The notes: generated from the letters alone by a model not told the origin. 64,000 nucleotides of DNA from a candidate division WOR-3 bacterium (GCA_965649225.1 CBFGJX010000003.1:112603-176602); one strand, 5' to 3'. Numbered from the stretch's first letter, positions 15,502 through 26,105 are shown. Program-made: numbers and translations.

Positions 15502-17661
15502 CTAGTCGGTGACCGTCAACCGAATCCGAACGCCGGTGCCGGTGACTGCCGCCGTGTAAACCCCGGCCGGAAGGCCGTCGATGCGCAGTTCGCCTGCCAA
15601 GCCGCTGCTGTCAACGTTACGGCGGAAAATCAGCCGCCCCGAAGCGTCACAGATCATCAGTGCCGAACCCCGCGGCAGCGATCCGTTCAAGCGAATTATG
15701 GCCTGGCCGCGGCTCGGGTTACCGGCGGCCCACATTTGAACGTCCGCTCCGCTTCCCGGAACCGGCAGTGTCGGTTCCGCAATGCCAATAGCAAGTTTCT
15801 CGTATATTTCCAGGCCGACCATGCCTTTAGAGACGTAGGCATAGGGTCGTGCTGTGACGACATCGCCGCAAAACGGCGGGGTGAAATAGTAACCCAGTTC
15901 TGCCGGGCTGGTCGGCCGGGATATCAGAACCAGCCGCAGCCCCCGGTCACCATCAGCCACCCAGGCCACCGAATCAGCCAGTGCGATACTGCGCGCTGAA
16001 CCCGGGGTGTCAAACCAGCCCGTCTCAACCGGCCGGGTGGGGTCACTGACATTGACAATCCTCAGGCCGGCGTTGTCGGCGGCGACATAGGCATAGCTGC
16101 CGCTCACGGCCACACCATAGGCAGTGCCCTGGGTGTCAATCGAACCCCGCTCAACCGGATTGGCCGGATTGGAGACATCAATTATCCGCAGACCGGCGAA
16201 GGCATCGGTCAGGTAGAGATAATTGCCGGCGATTGCGGCGGCAGTTGCGTAGCCGGGACTGTCGTAGAAACCGACCTCGGTCGGGTTACTTGGATCACCA
16301 CAGTCAAAAATCCGCACGCCTAGCGCTTCGTCGCAGACATAGGCATAGCGCCCGGCAACTGCCACCTGATAAGCGACCCCCGGCGTATTGGCAGTTGCCA
16401 CCAGTCGCATCTGGGCTGGATTCGAAACGTCAACAATGTGAAATCCGGCGGTGTCGGCAGCAACATAGGCCAGTGTACCGGCAACTGTCACGTCGCGGGC
16501 GAAACCAGTCAGTGCCAGCCGACCTGCTTCCGACGGGCCGTATGGGTCGGACACATTGATCGCCCACAAACCGGAACGCCCGGTGGCACAATAGGCATAA
16601 GAGCCCTGAATTCCGATTCCGTTGGTCACATTCGGCACGGCAAAAGAACCCAGCTCGGTTGGATTGAACGGATCAATCGTCTCGATTGCCCGCAGTCCAC
16701 CGGTGTAGGCGGCAACGAAAACTCTGGTTCCGGCCGCCGCTGCCTTGTAGGCCGGCCCGACAGTCCGGTAAAAACCCAGCTCCTGCGGGCTGGCCGGGTC
16801 CTGAATGTAAATAATCCGCAGCCCCGAGCCCAGGTCAGTGACGTAAGCATAGGCACCGGCCAGCACCACGCTGTAAGCGGTACCGGGAGTATCGACAAAT
16901 CCAACCTCGAACGGGCTGGCCGGATTGGCGATGTTGACAACCCGCAAACCGGCATCGCCATCGGCAACGTAGCCATAAGTTCCGGAAACCGCGACTCCGT
17001 AGGCAAAACCGGGCGAGTTGTAGACACCGACGCCAACCGGATTCTGGGGATTGGCAACATTTACCACGTGCATACCGCTCGTCCCGTCGGCGACATAGGC
17101 GTAGCTGCCGGCAACTGCAACTCCGAAAGCATAGTCCGGCGTATCATAGCGACCGACCAGCACCGGCCGCGCCGGGTCCGAAACATCAACCACCGCCAGG
17201 CCAAGAGCTTCCTCGGCGACGTAGGCATAGCCGCCGGCCACTGCCACATCCAGGGCCAGACCCTGAGCATCGTAGTAGCCCAGTCTCACTGGACTGGTCG
17301 GAACTGCCATGTCCCATATCTCCAGTCCCTCCTCACCGTTGGCGATGTAGAGCCGGCGACTGGCATTATCGTAACGAAGCGCCTGGATTACCGCGCGGGT
17401 GTGAATCCGTTCCGACACCTTCACCGGCGCCGAAGGATTCTGAATGTTCAAAACGTAAACCCCGCCCCCGGAACCGAGATAAAGCAGATTGCGGGGGATA
17501 TCCAGTGCTACGGCATAGCTGAGCCCGAAAGGCCAGTTACCGATGAATTTGACGCCAACCGAATCCGCTGCCAGCGAAGCCGGCAGCATACCTGACCCGG
17601 CGGCCAGCGCTGAAATCGCCAGAACCAACACAACACAACTGCGCAATTTTCCTCCTTGCAT
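15502..17661 (-). CDS. secreted LVIVD-repeat beta-propeller protein with T9SS CTD
   Basis: About 12 repeats of ...GGYAYVAEEALGLAVVDVSDPARPVLVG... (LVIVD-type); CTD ...LPAGVYTAAVTGTGVRIRLTVTD; start taken as ATG 17661 (MQGGKLRSCVVLVLAISALAAGSG signal) rather than the track GTG at 17712; a TTG at 17646 with AAGGAGG 4 nt upstream is an alternative. Confidence 0.75.
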   Translation of the reverse strand: MQGGKLRSCVVLVLAISALAAGSGMLPASLAADSVGVKFIGNWPFGLSYAVALDIPRNLLYLGSGGGVYVLNIQNPSAPVKVSERIHTRAVIQALRYDNASRRLYIANGEEGLEIWDMAVPTSPVRLGYYDAQGLALDVAVAGGYAYVAEEALGLAVVDVSDPARPVLVGRYDTPDYAFGVAVAGSYAYVADGTSGMHVVNVANPQNPVGVGVYNSPGFAYGVAVSGTYGYVADGDAGLRVVNIANPASPFEVGFVDTPGTAYSVVLAGAYAYVTDLGSGLRIIYIQDPASPQELGFYRTVGPAYKAAAAGTRVFVAAYTGGLRAIETIDPFNPTELGSFAVPNVTNGIGIQGSYAYCATGRSGLWAINVSDPYGPSEAGRLALTGFARDVTVAGTLAYVAADTAGFHIVDVSNPAQMRLVATANTPGVAYQVAVAGRYAYVCDEALGVRIFDCGDPSNPTEVGFYDSPGYATAAAIAGNYLYLTDAFAGLRIIDVSNPANPVERGSIDTQGTAYGVAVSGSYAYVAADNAGLRIVNVSDPTRPVETGWFDTPGSARSIALADSVAWVADGDRGLRLVLISRPTSPAELGYYFTPPFCGDVVTARPYAYVSKGMVGLEIYEKLAIGIAEPTLPVPGSGADVQMWAAGNPSRGQAIIRLNGSLPRGSALMICDASGRLIFRRNVDSSGLAGELRIDGLPAGVYTAAVTGTGVRIRLTVTD

Positions 17662-17697
17662 TCTGAAAATGCACCCTGACAGAAACTGACAAAATAA

Positions 17698-17725
17698 ATT
17701 ATACCCCGTCACTGGTGAAAGTGAA
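17698..17725 (-). promoter_or_regulatory. putative promoter TTCACT-16-TATAAT in the AT-rich spacer upstream of the LVIVD-protein gene
   Basis: Minus strand: agcTTCACTttcaccagtgacggggTATAATttattttgtcag; perfect -10. Confidence 0.45.
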
Positions 17726-17739
17726 GCTTGACCGAGAAC

Positions 17740-19215
17740 TCAGCTCAACCGACGTTGAGCCGCACCACTGACAAGCACCACAAGCATAACCAGCATCACC
17801 GGCTCAGTCATTGAACGGAAACGCATGTTCTCGCCCACCTCGAGCAGGATGCCGGTTACCAGCACATACCCGAGCAACAGCCCGATGAATGCACCGGTGG
17901 CGGCAACGGCGGCAGCCCGCCGGCGCAGTCGCAACGCAAGCAGAATCGAACCAAGAAGTGTCAGCAGATACATCACCGGCAGCAGCAGCCCGGCGTTACA
18001 AAGCTTCTGCCGGTAGAACCGGGCGAGGTCACATCGCTGCAGCTCCGGGTCAACGTAGTACATCAGCCGCCCCTGCAGCAGCTCACCGGCCAGCACTGCC
18101 GGTTTTATCCGGTCGCGATTTCCCTGCAGCAACCGGTTGGCGGTCACCGGCATAAAGAAAATCAAAGCGGCATCCAGCACACTGCGCCAGTACGCTGCGG
18201 GCCGGTTCCGCAGTAACCAGACCGCATCCCGCCGATACAATCGCGCCACCGCGATGTAATCCCGGTGGTTGTAGTTTGGCATTCCGCTTTCCCGCAACGG
18301 CTGTTCCAGCACCGGGATACCGGCCGGCACCCGCAGCACCGGCGGCACATACCGTCCCCGATATGCTGCCAGCGGGCTGAACGGTGCGATTTCCGAAACC
18401 GACGAAAGCCTGCCCGAAAGGACCAGTGAACGCCGCTCCGCCATCGGCACAAAGGTGTGGGTCATCCGGGCCAGATTCATACCAAACCAGCTTGAACCGG
18501 AGAAGGAACCGAACATGATCCAGTTCCGGGCATACCATCCCAGCACAACTGCCAGCGCCACTGCCAGCGCCACTGTACCGCGGCGACGTGCCACCGGCGC
18601 CATCAAAAGCATCGGCAGGATGGCCAGCACCAGCAACACCGGATGGAACATGCTCACTGTCAGACACAACAGGGTCAGCGCAGTTCCCAGCAACACCGCC
18701 CAGCCGCGACCCGCTGTCGCCCCCAGCCGTTCCACTGCCAGAGCCGCGACGGTGAGCAGAAAGGCTGCCGGCAATGCGTAGGACAACCAGTTTTCATAAA
18801 GCACCGGCGTCGGGCTGATGGCATAAAGCCCAAGAAGAACCAGCGCTGGCAATCGTCCAGCGCCAAGCCGTCTTGCCAAAACCCAAGCGGCAGCGACAGT
18901 CAACGCACCTAGGGCAAGACTTGCGCCGGCGAAGGCGGCCGTGGGGGAGTCAAAACCACGCACCACCAGTCCCAGATAAATATATAACGGCGGCTGGCTG
19001 TGCAGGAACCAGATACTGCGCCAGAGGTCGTTGCGCAGCAACTGGGCGTCGATGTACTGCCAGAAGGTTGCCAGCGGCGTCAGGTCAAAGCGCACGCCGG
19101 CAAGCCGGTAGCCGAACCTTGCTCCGGCATACGCCCCGGCCAGGACCAGTAACCCGGCCAGCTCCCTCCAGGCCGTCAAGGGCCGTGCCCTGACAACCGG
19201 TCGCCGGCTTCTCAC
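17740..19215 (-). CDS. polytopic inner-membrane protein (>=10 predicted TM helices), function unknown
   Basis: Hydrophobic segments throughout (LVLAGAYAGARFGY, LYIYLGLVVRGF, GALTVAAAWVLA, LLLPVMYLLTLLGSILLAL ...); ATGA-type overlap with the upstream gene. Confidence 0.6.
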   Translation of the reverse strand: MRSRRPVVRARPLTAWRELAGLLVLAGAYAGARFGYRLAGVRFDLTPLATFWQYIDAQLLRNDLWRSIWFLHSQPPLYIYLGLVVRGFDSPTAAFAGASLALGALTVAAAWVLARRLGAGRLPALVLLGLYAISPTPVLYENWLSYALPAAFLLTVAALAVERLGATAGRGWAVLLGTALTLLCLTVSMFHPVLLVLAILPMLLMAPVARRRGTVALAVALAVVLGWYARNWIMFGSFSGSSWFGMNLARMTHTFVPMAERRSLVLSGRLSSVSEIAPFSPLAAYRGRYVPPVLRVPAGIPVLEQPLRESGMPNYNHRDYIAVARLYRRDAVWLLRNRPAAYWRSVLDAALIFFMPVTANRLLQGNRDRIKPAVLAGELLQGRLMYYVDPELQRCDLARFYRQKLCNAGLLLPVMYLLTLLGSILLALRLRRRAAAVAATGAFIGLLLGYVLVTGILLEVGENMRFRSMTEPVMLVMLVVLVSGAAQRRLS

Positions 19216-21425
19216 CGTTCCCTCACCGGTCTGATGTCAAACACCCTGCCCCCCGGCACTCGCCCCAGCTCCCGGAAATCAACTCCGGCTGCTTCGTAGT
19301 AGCGTGACTTCTCCAGATAGCCGAGCCCGGCCGGCAGCGGCCGAGGGTCACCGTCCACCCACAGTGCCAGAGCTGGCAGCCAGTCCTCCAGCCGACGCCG
19401 GCCCGACCAGATTTCAGCAGCGACCGTGTGGTAATCAACCGCACGACTGCGCACACTGCTGTCCTTGGGCAACTGCGCGTGCAGCGGCCAGAAGACGCTG
19501 CGATAGCCGGTCGATCGCCGCCCCGCCGCCCGTTCCAGACTGTCCAGTGTCGCCGAAAGCGCCGATTCGGCGAACCCGGTCACTGATGAACGAACCAGCC
19601 TGCCATCGCGCACCAGCCAGCATTCCCGTCCGGGTCGGGCAACGGTCAGCGCTGAGTTCAACGGCCCCAGATCTCGACAGTAAACCACCGGACCGGCCAA
19701 ATCCAGCCGATTGAGGTTGAAGACTGCGCCAATTTCGGGGGAAAACACCAGCGCGTTGTCGAGCCTTCTCGAAGCAATCTCACGCTGCAGTCGTCCATTC
19801 ACTCCCCAGTAACCGCGGTACCAGCGCACTAGTGGCGGCAGCCCGACGGCCAGTGCAAATACCAGTGCCAGCGGCAGTGTCCGGGCGGCAACAGCGGCAG
19901 TCTGACGCCGGTCGGCAGTCAGCACTGGTGTGGTCAGTCCCCGCGTGACCAGCACCAGTGCCGGACCGAGTCCTTCAAACAAAAACCGCGGGCCGAAAGC
20001 AACCCCGTGGGCCCAGTAAAAGAAATAAGCCAGTGGCAGCACCAGCAGACAGAGCAACAGCACCCGGTCGTAGCGCCGGGGAGTTGGACCCAGCAATGGC
20101 AATAATACCAGCAGCAGCGCAGGCACCGGCCACTCCAGCAGAAACCGGTTAAACATGTTGAGGTCGTGTCCAACATTCACCAGCCCGCGCAGCGGAGTGT
20201 GCGCCGCTCCCCAGCCGCTGTGTCCGAAACCGATTTCATGCCCCCGGCCATACCGGGCGACATAGCCGAACAGCAGCGGGTCACCGTGAACCAGCCAGTT
20301 CCAGCCCAGCAGCAGGCTGCCGCCCAGCACCATACCGCCCATCAGTGCCAGAGCACTGCCCGCGGCCCGGCGTCGGAACAACTCAGGCAGAACAAACACC
20401 GTCGCCGGCAGTGCGAACGCCAATGCGGTATAGGGCCGGACGCAGGCGGCCAGCCCGAGCAGCAGTCCGGCCGTGAAACCTTCCAGCCGGCCCAGCGTGC
20501 GGCGACTGCGCAGCGCCAAGACCAGAAATCCAGTCAAAAGCACCAAAGCGCTGGCATGGTTCATATACTCGCCCGACATCGCCCACAGCCACGGCGAAAC
20601 CACTGCCAGCAATGCCGCTCCCCGCCCGGTTGTTTCATCATGTGCCTCGCGACCGAGCAGAAACACCAGCGGCACAAAAGCCGCCCCCAGCAGCGGATTC
20701 ACCAGCCACGGCGCCCCGACCAGCACGCCCGCCGTCAGCAACAGCGAATGAAAGAACGGATACACCGAAACCCAGCGGCCGTGGTTCATCACGGTGAAGC
20801 TCAGGTCAAAAAACTCGGGAAATTCAGGAGCCGGCAACCACAACCGGCCGGCGGCAAAAATCCGCGCCTGAAAAAGCTGAGCAATCGAATCGGGCAGATG
20901 CGGAATTCCCTCGAAGACCAAAAGCGACCAGAGCAGGGCAATCACCAGCACCAGACCGGAACAGAGCAACAGGAACGAGGCTCGATTCAGTCCGACCAGC
21001 CAGCCCCAGACCCTTTGAGCGCCGCGCGCCGGCAAGGCAAGCCACCTCCAGCTGCCGATGACCAGCAGAACAAAACCGAGACCGGCCAGCATGACATAAA
21101 GAACCAGTTGCGAACGGCTCGGACGCACCCAGGAGTATTCCCAAGGGACAAGACTGAAAGCCAGCAGCAGCAGAACCGCAGCGGTTCGGAGTCGCCGGCC
21201 GGCCACAAACATCGCCTGCACCGCCCGCCGCCCTTCGCCGGTAACCCCCAGCATCACCCCCAGACACCCGATGCAGCCGAGCAGGACAACCCACACCGAC
21301 AGTATCGGCTGCCCGCCCACCCGGATCAAACCGGCATCGGCGTAGCACCAGTTCGTATCCTGACGCAATAGGCCCGCCGCTGCCAGCAGCACCGCGCCGG
21401 CCACCGCAGCGATGGTTCGTTTCAA
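19212..21425 (-). CDS. 737-aa polytopic membrane protein with ~220-aa C-terminal soluble domain; possibly a GT-C-fold (PMT/ArnT-like) glycosyltransferase, unproven
   Basis: N-terminal 500 aa is a run of TM helices with basic loops; C-terminal domain WYRGYWGVNGRLQREI...; divergent from the S8-peptidase cargo gene. Confidence 0.6.
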   Translation of the reverse strand: MKRTIAAVAGAVLLAAAGLLRQDTNWCYADAGLIRVGGQPILSVWVVLLGCIGCLGVMLGVTGEGRRAVQAMFVAGRRLRTAAVLLLLAFSLVPWEYSWVRPSRSQLVLYVMLAGLGFVLLVIGSWRWLALPARGAQRVWGWLVGLNRASFLLLCSGLVLVIALLWSLLVFEGIPHLPDSIAQLFQARIFAAGRLWLPAPEFPEFFDLSFTVMNHGRWVSVYPFFHSLLLTAGVLVGAPWLVNPLLGAAFVPLVFLLGREAHDETTGRGAALLAVVSPWLWAMSGEYMNHASALVLLTGFLVLALRSRRTLGRLEGFTAGLLLGLAACVRPYTALAFALPATVFVLPELFRRRAAGSALALMGGMVLGGSLLLGWNWLVHGDPLLFGYVARYGRGHEIGFGHSGWGAAHTPLRGLVNVGHDLNMFNRFLLEWPVPALLLVLLPLLGPTPRRYDRVLLLCLLVLPLAYFFYWAHGVAFGPRFLFEGLGPALVLVTRGLTTPVLTADRRQTAAVAARTLPLALVFALAVGLPPLVRWYRGYWGVNGRLQREIASRRLDNALVFSPEIGAVFNLNRLDLAGPVVYCRDLGPLNSALTVARPGRECWLVRDGRLVRSSVTGFAESALSATLDSLERAAGRRSTGYRSVFWPLHAQLPKDSSVRSRAVDYHTVAAEIWSGRRRLEDWLPALALWVDGDPRPLPAGLGYLEKSRYYEAAGVDFRELGRVPGGRVFDIRPVRER

Positions 21426-21561
21426 GCCGTCACCATCGGCAGAAGTATCGAACCGGCGTCTTCGGAGTCAAGCCAGGACGGCTCTTGCCCGAACGCCGGC
21501 AGCGGTTACAATCAACTGCCAGTGCCGACTATTATCAGCCACAGCTCTCCCGGGAGGCGCG

Positions 21562-24500
21562 ATGTCAACCGTAACCGTTCTGGTCTGTGTCCTGCTCCAA
21601 GTCCTGCCCGCCGCAGCGGAAAATGACGGCCGTGCTTGCCTGATTCCCCTGCGATTTGTCCAGAATTACAGCTACGACCCCCTCCTCCAGCCCGCTGACC
21701 TGCCGCCGGAACTGACTTTTGACCAGGAGCAGGCAACGGTTGACGGCCGCTGCTACTGTATCATTCAGTTTCACGGTCCGATTCGCCCCGAACAGAAACA
21801 TGCCGTGGAGCAGGCCGGAGCGGAGCTGCTCTGGTACATTCCCGACTACGCCTTTGTCGGCCGGATTCCTCTTGACAGAATTGCCGTTGTCCGCAACCGG
21901 CCGGAAGTACGCTGGCTCGGCCCCGACCAGCCGGCATTCAAGTTCTGCCCCGGTCTTGACCGACTGGCGCTGTCCGCCGGCCGCTCCGGGCTGGACTTCC
22001 CACTGCGCCTGATTGTGGTATTTTTCCCCAACGAGGACGCTGTCTCGCTGCTGCGCCAGATCAACGCGCTTGGCGCCACCGACATCGCCACCAGTTTCAA
22101 CCGCTGGAACCAGAGTATCCGAATCACTCTGCCTGCCTCCCGGCTGATTGACCTTGCCCGGCTGCCGGGCGTCTTCTGGATCGAGCCCTACGGCGAACTC
22201 ACTCCGGACAACCAGGACGTTCAGTGGGTTGATCAGCATGGCTACTCGGCCAGCGACACGACCCGGACAATCTGGCGCCGGGGTCTGACCGGCCGGCGGG
22301 TCCTGGTTGGCATCACCGATACCCCGCTCTGGCTCGGTCACGACCTGTTCCGTGACCCGACAAACAACACTCCCGGCCCCAATCACCGCAAGATCGTCCG
22401 CTATGTCGGAACTCAGGGTGCCGATGTTCACGGCACCCACACCGTCGGCACCCTCTGCGGCAACGACGCACCGGTCGGTGGCAGCTCCTGGCACGATGGA
22501 CTGGCCTGCGATGCCCGGGCCTATTTTCAGAACTACGAAGCGCTGAGCGGCAACTGGGACATGAACAACTGGTTTGCCGGCCCTGACTCCGGACTCAACA
22601 TTGCCGTGGACTCGTTGCGCGCGCTCAACCACTCGATGAGCCTGTCACGCAAGGACACGTTCAACATCTACATATTCACTGATATGACCGCCGACCAGTT
22701 TGTCTGGAACCACCGCCGCTTCCTGCACTGCAATTCGATGGGCAACTACGGCAACAACACAATGGGCCACCCGGTCATCGCCAAGAACATCATCTCGACC
22801 GGCGGCACCCGCAACGGCACTGCCTGCCGCAGCATCTACACCGCATCCTCCCGCGGCCCCACTGCCGACGGACGCCGCAAACCCCAGCTCGTCGCACCGG
22901 GCGAAAACGTCTATTCGGCCAGCAACACCAGCGCCTCCGACTATGTCGCATTGTCCGGCACTTCAATGGCCACTCCCAACATGACCGCTGCCACTGCGCT
23001 CATTCGCGAGTACTTCCGCAAAGGTTTCTATCCCACCGGCGACACCACCACCGGCACACCAATGGAAATCACCGCCGCGCTCAACAAGGCAGTGGCAATC
23101 GTCGGAGCCGACAACGACATCACCGGCTACACCGTCCCCGACAACAACATCGGCTGGGGCCGGATTGACCTCGACTCGTCGCTCTACTTCGCCGGCGACT
23201 CATCCCGTCTGTGGGTATTTGATGACACCGTCGGTCTGACCACCGGGGACTCGGCTCTTTTCCCAATCACGGTGAACTCGTCTTCCCGCCCCCTGCGGGT
23301 AGCCCTCTGCTGGACCGACTATCCCGGCACAATGCGGGCCGCCCGGATTCTCGTCAACGACCTTGACCTCGTTCTGGTCTCGCCGGCCGGCACTGAATAC
23401 AAGGGCAATGTCTGGTCCGGCGGCCAGTCGCAGACCGGCGGCAGCCACGACAGCCTCAATGTCGAGGAATGCTGCCGGATCAACGCGCCGGCGGTGGGCA
23501 CCTGGACCGTCAAGGTTCGTGCCCGCCATACGCCGCAGGGCCCCCAGCCCTATGCGCTCGCGGTCATTGGCGGCCTCGGCACCGGCGCCGGCAGCGATGT
23601 CGGCGTGACGCGGATAATCGCTCCGGTCGGTATCATTGACTCGACCCAGAACATCACGCCCGCCTGCTCGACCTGGAACTGGGGAACTCAGACCGTCAGC
23701 TACTCGGTCTTGATGCGGATTGGCAGTGGCTATTCGCAACTGGTCACCGTCAACGGTCACACGCCCGGTACTGCCCGGCTGGTGCAGTTTCCGCCGGCAG
23801 CGGCGTGGCCCCGCGGCACCCTTGACGTCTCCTGCTCCACCCGGCTCGCCGGTGATGTCAACCCGGACAACAACCGCCGTTACGACTCCTGCTTTGTGCG
23901 CGTTCTTGATGTTGGCATCCGGCGACTGCTGCTGCCATCAGCCGGCATAGACTCCGGAACCGTTTTCACGCCGGCCTGCACCCTGTTCAACCGTGGCAAT
24001 GTCGCCGCCAGCTATCCTGTCCGGTTGACCATCGGCACCTTCTATGACCGTACCACACCAGTCGTTGCCCATTCGCCCGGCACTCTTCATTTTTTGCCGT
24101 TTCCTCCCTGCACTGCCCGGCTGCGCGGTGGCCATCCGGTCGTCTGTTCAACCCGGCTGGGCGGTGATATGGACAACTCCAATGACCGTGCCAGCGGCAT
24201 GCTGGTCGTCGACGTCGGCGATGTCTCGGTCAGCGCCATCATCGCGCCGAGCGGCACTGTTGACTCCTGTACAGTGGTGACGCCAGCCTGTTCGCTGCGC
24301 AACAACGGCACGGTGAACGCCAGTTGTCTGGTCCGCATGCGGATTGGGGCAGGCTACGAGCAGACAACCGCAGTCAACAACCTGCCACCCGGCGCCGCGA
24401 CACTGGTCAGCTTCCCTCAGTGGCAGGCCGAGATCCGCGGCCAGCTCACGGCCGCCTGTTCGGTTGCCTTCAGTCTCGACCGCATCCCGGCCAACGACAC

Positions 24501-26055
24501 CATGTCTCGACCGGTTTTCGTACGGGTTCTCGATGCCTCAGCGCTGGCAATCATCGCTCCGACCGGCACTGTCGCACCGGGTGAGCGCATCACACCCCGG
24601 GTCAGAGTTCGCAACCTTGGCAATGCCGTTGTCAGCTTTCCGACGCTGCTGCGGATTGGTGCCGAATACACCGACACCCGAACCGTCAATGGACTGCCGC
24701 CCGGTGCCGAAACCGAGCTTGCCTTCTCGGTCTGGACTGTGCTGTCCGGCACCCGAACGGTTCTCTGTTCGGTTGGGCTTGCCGGCGACATGGTGCCGGC
24801 CAACGACACCATCAGCCGCCGCGTCACCGGCGCCCGGACTGGCTGGGTTGAACTCGCCTCGATACCAGGCCTGCCTTCGGGCAAACCGGTAAAGGACGGC
24901 GGGGCAATTGCCTTCGATCCGTCGGGTGAACGGTGCTTCGTTCTGAAAGGCAACAAGACCGGCGACTGCTATCTCGGTCGGCCCGGTTCGTTCACCGCAC
25001 TGCCGCTGGTGCCGCCCGGCGGCAGCGCCCGGCTGCCGGGCAAGGGCGCGGCGGTCTGCGCCGGTGACGATGGCACCTTCTACCTGGTCAAAGGCAACAA
25101 CACCGCTGAGTTCTGGCGTTTCGCATCTGACGTCTGGACTCGGCTTGCCGACATTCCCCTCGGTACTTCGGGCAAGAAACCGAAGGGCGGGACTGACATC
25201 TGTTTCGTCCCTGACAGCGGCGGCTGGGTTTATCTGCTTAAAGGCGGCACCGCCGAATTCATGCGCTACAGTGTCGCCGGTTCATCCTGGCAGATTCTCG
25301 CCGACGCGCCGGCCGGAATCCGGCCGCGTTACGATAACGGCTCCTGGCTGACTCTCGACCAGGACCGCCGGCGCCTGCTCTGTCACAAAGCCCGCTACCA
25401 CGAGCTCTACACGTGGAATCTCTCCACCGGCACCTGGACCAGTCTGCCCGTCGGCATGCCGCTTTTCTGCTCTCAGACCGGCCGGCTCAAACGCAGCCGG
25501 GACGGCTCGGACGGAATTGTGCTTGGCGACCGGCTCTGGGCCATCAAGGGCGCCAACACCCCGGATTTCTATTCCCTCGACCTCAACAGCCTACAATGGT
25601 ACGAGCAGGAAACAATCCCGTCGGTCGGCTCAACCGGCAGACGCAAGCGGGTCAAAGGAGGCGGCAGCATCACCACCGATGGCAATGTCATTTTTGCCCT
25701 CAAGGGCAACAAGACTCTCGAACTGTGGCAGTACACTCCCGCCGCCGAACCTGATAAGCCCACCGACCTCCTGCCGGCAAGACAAACACTCTCGTCCGAC
25801 CCTGCCCAACCGCCGGCCACCGAACTGCGGATTCCGACTCATATTCGCCGTCACACACCCATCAGGCTCCGGATTGAATCAGCAACCCGGCCGGCTCAGT
25901 TGACGGTCTGCGACGCTTCGGGCCGACTGATTCTCGCCCGCTCTGTCAGCCCGTCGGCCCGTCAGACAGTCGTCCTGCCCGGACTGCCGCCGGGAGTTTA
26001 TCTGCTGCGTTTTACCGGCGGCCCGGAAGCAAAGTACAAGCTCGTTATCGAATGA
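21562..26055 (+). CDS. about 1497-aa secreted subtilisin-family (S8) serine peptidase fused to CARDB-like repeats, 'KGN-x-T' propeller repeats and T9SS CTD
   Basis: RBS GGGAGGcgcgATG at 21562; signal MSTVTVLVCVLLQVLPAAA; catalytic motifs VLVGITDTPL (Asp), DVHGTHTVGTLCG (His), SGTSMATPNMTAATALI (Ser); repeats KGNKTGDCY, KGNNTAEFWRF, KGGTAEFMRY, KGANTPDFYSL, KGNKTLELWQY; CTD ...PPGVYLLRFTGGPEAKYKLVIE. Confidence 0.8.
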   Translation: MSTVTVLVCVLLQVLPAAAENDGRACLIPLRFVQNYSYDPLLQPADLPPELTFDQEQATVDGRCYCIIQFHGPIRPEQKHAVEQAGAELLWYIPDYAFVGRIPLDRIAVVRNRPEVRWLGPDQPAFKFCPGLDRLALSAGRSGLDFPLRLIVVFFPNEDAVSLLRQINALGATDIATSFNRWNQSIRITLPASRLIDLARLPGVFWIEPYGELTPDNQDVQWVDQHGYSASDTTRTIWRRGLTGRRVLVGITDTPLWLGHDLFRDPTNNTPGPNHRKIVRYVGTQGADVHGTHTVGTLCGNDAPVGGSSWHDGLACDARAYFQNYEALSGNWDMNNWFAGPDSGLNIAVDSLRALNHSMSLSRKDTFNIYIFTDMTADQFVWNHRRFLHCNSMGNYGNNTMGHPVIAKNIISTGGTRNGTACRSIYTASSRGPTADGRRKPQLVAPGENVYSASNTSASDYVALSGTSMATPNMTAATALIREYFRKGFYPTGDTTTGTPMEITAALNKAVAIVGADNDITGYTVPDNNIGWGRIDLDSSLYFAGDSSRLWVFDDTVGLTTGDSALFPITVNSSSRPLRVALCWTDYPGTMRAARILVNDLDLVLVSPAGTEYKGNVWSGGQSQTGGSHDSLNVEECCRINAPAVGTWTVKVRARHTPQGPQPYALAVIGGLGTGAGSDVGVTRIIAPVGIIDSTQNITPACSTWNWGTQTVSYSVLMRIGSGYSQLVTVNGHTPGTARLVQFPPAAAWPRGTLDVSCSTRLAGDVNPDNNRRYDSCFVRVLDVGIRRLLLPSAGIDSGTVFTPACTLFNRGNVAASYPVRLTIGTFYDRTTPVVAHSPGTLHFLPFPPCTARLRGGHPVVCSTRLGGDMDNSNDRASGMLVVDVGDVSVSAIIAPSGTVDSCTVVTPACSLRNNGTVNASCLVRMRIGAGYEQTTAVNNLPPGAATLVSFPQWQAEIRGQLTAACSVAFSLDRIPANDTMSRPVFVRVLDASALAIIAPTGTVAPGERITPRVRVRNLGNAVVSFPTLLRIGAEYTDTRTVNGLPPGAETELAFSVWTVLSGTRTVLCSVGLAGDMVPANDTISRRVTGARTGWVELASIPGLPSGKPVKDGGAIAFDPSGERCFVLKGNKTGDCYLGRPGSFTALPLVPPGGSARLPGKGAAVCAGDDGTFYLVKGNNTAEFWRFASDVWTRLADIPLGTSGKKPKGGTDICFVPDSGGWVYLLKGGTAEFMRYSVAGSSWQILADAPAGIRPRYDNGSWLTLDQDRRRLLCHKARYHELYTWNLSTGTWTSLPVGMPLFCSQTGRLKRSRDGSDGIVLGDRLWAIKGANTPDFYSLDLNSLQWYEQETIPSVGSTGRRKRVKGGGSITTDGNVIFALKGNKTLELWQYTPAAEPDKPTDLLPARQTLSSDPAQPPATELRIPTHIRRHTPIRLRIESATRPAQLTVCDASGRLILARSVSPSARQTVVLPGLPPGVYLLRFTGGPEAKYKLVIE

Positions 26056-26105
26056 CGGACTGAAAACACCGCGCCGGTTACTGCCGACGAACGCCCTGCC
26101 GGTTC

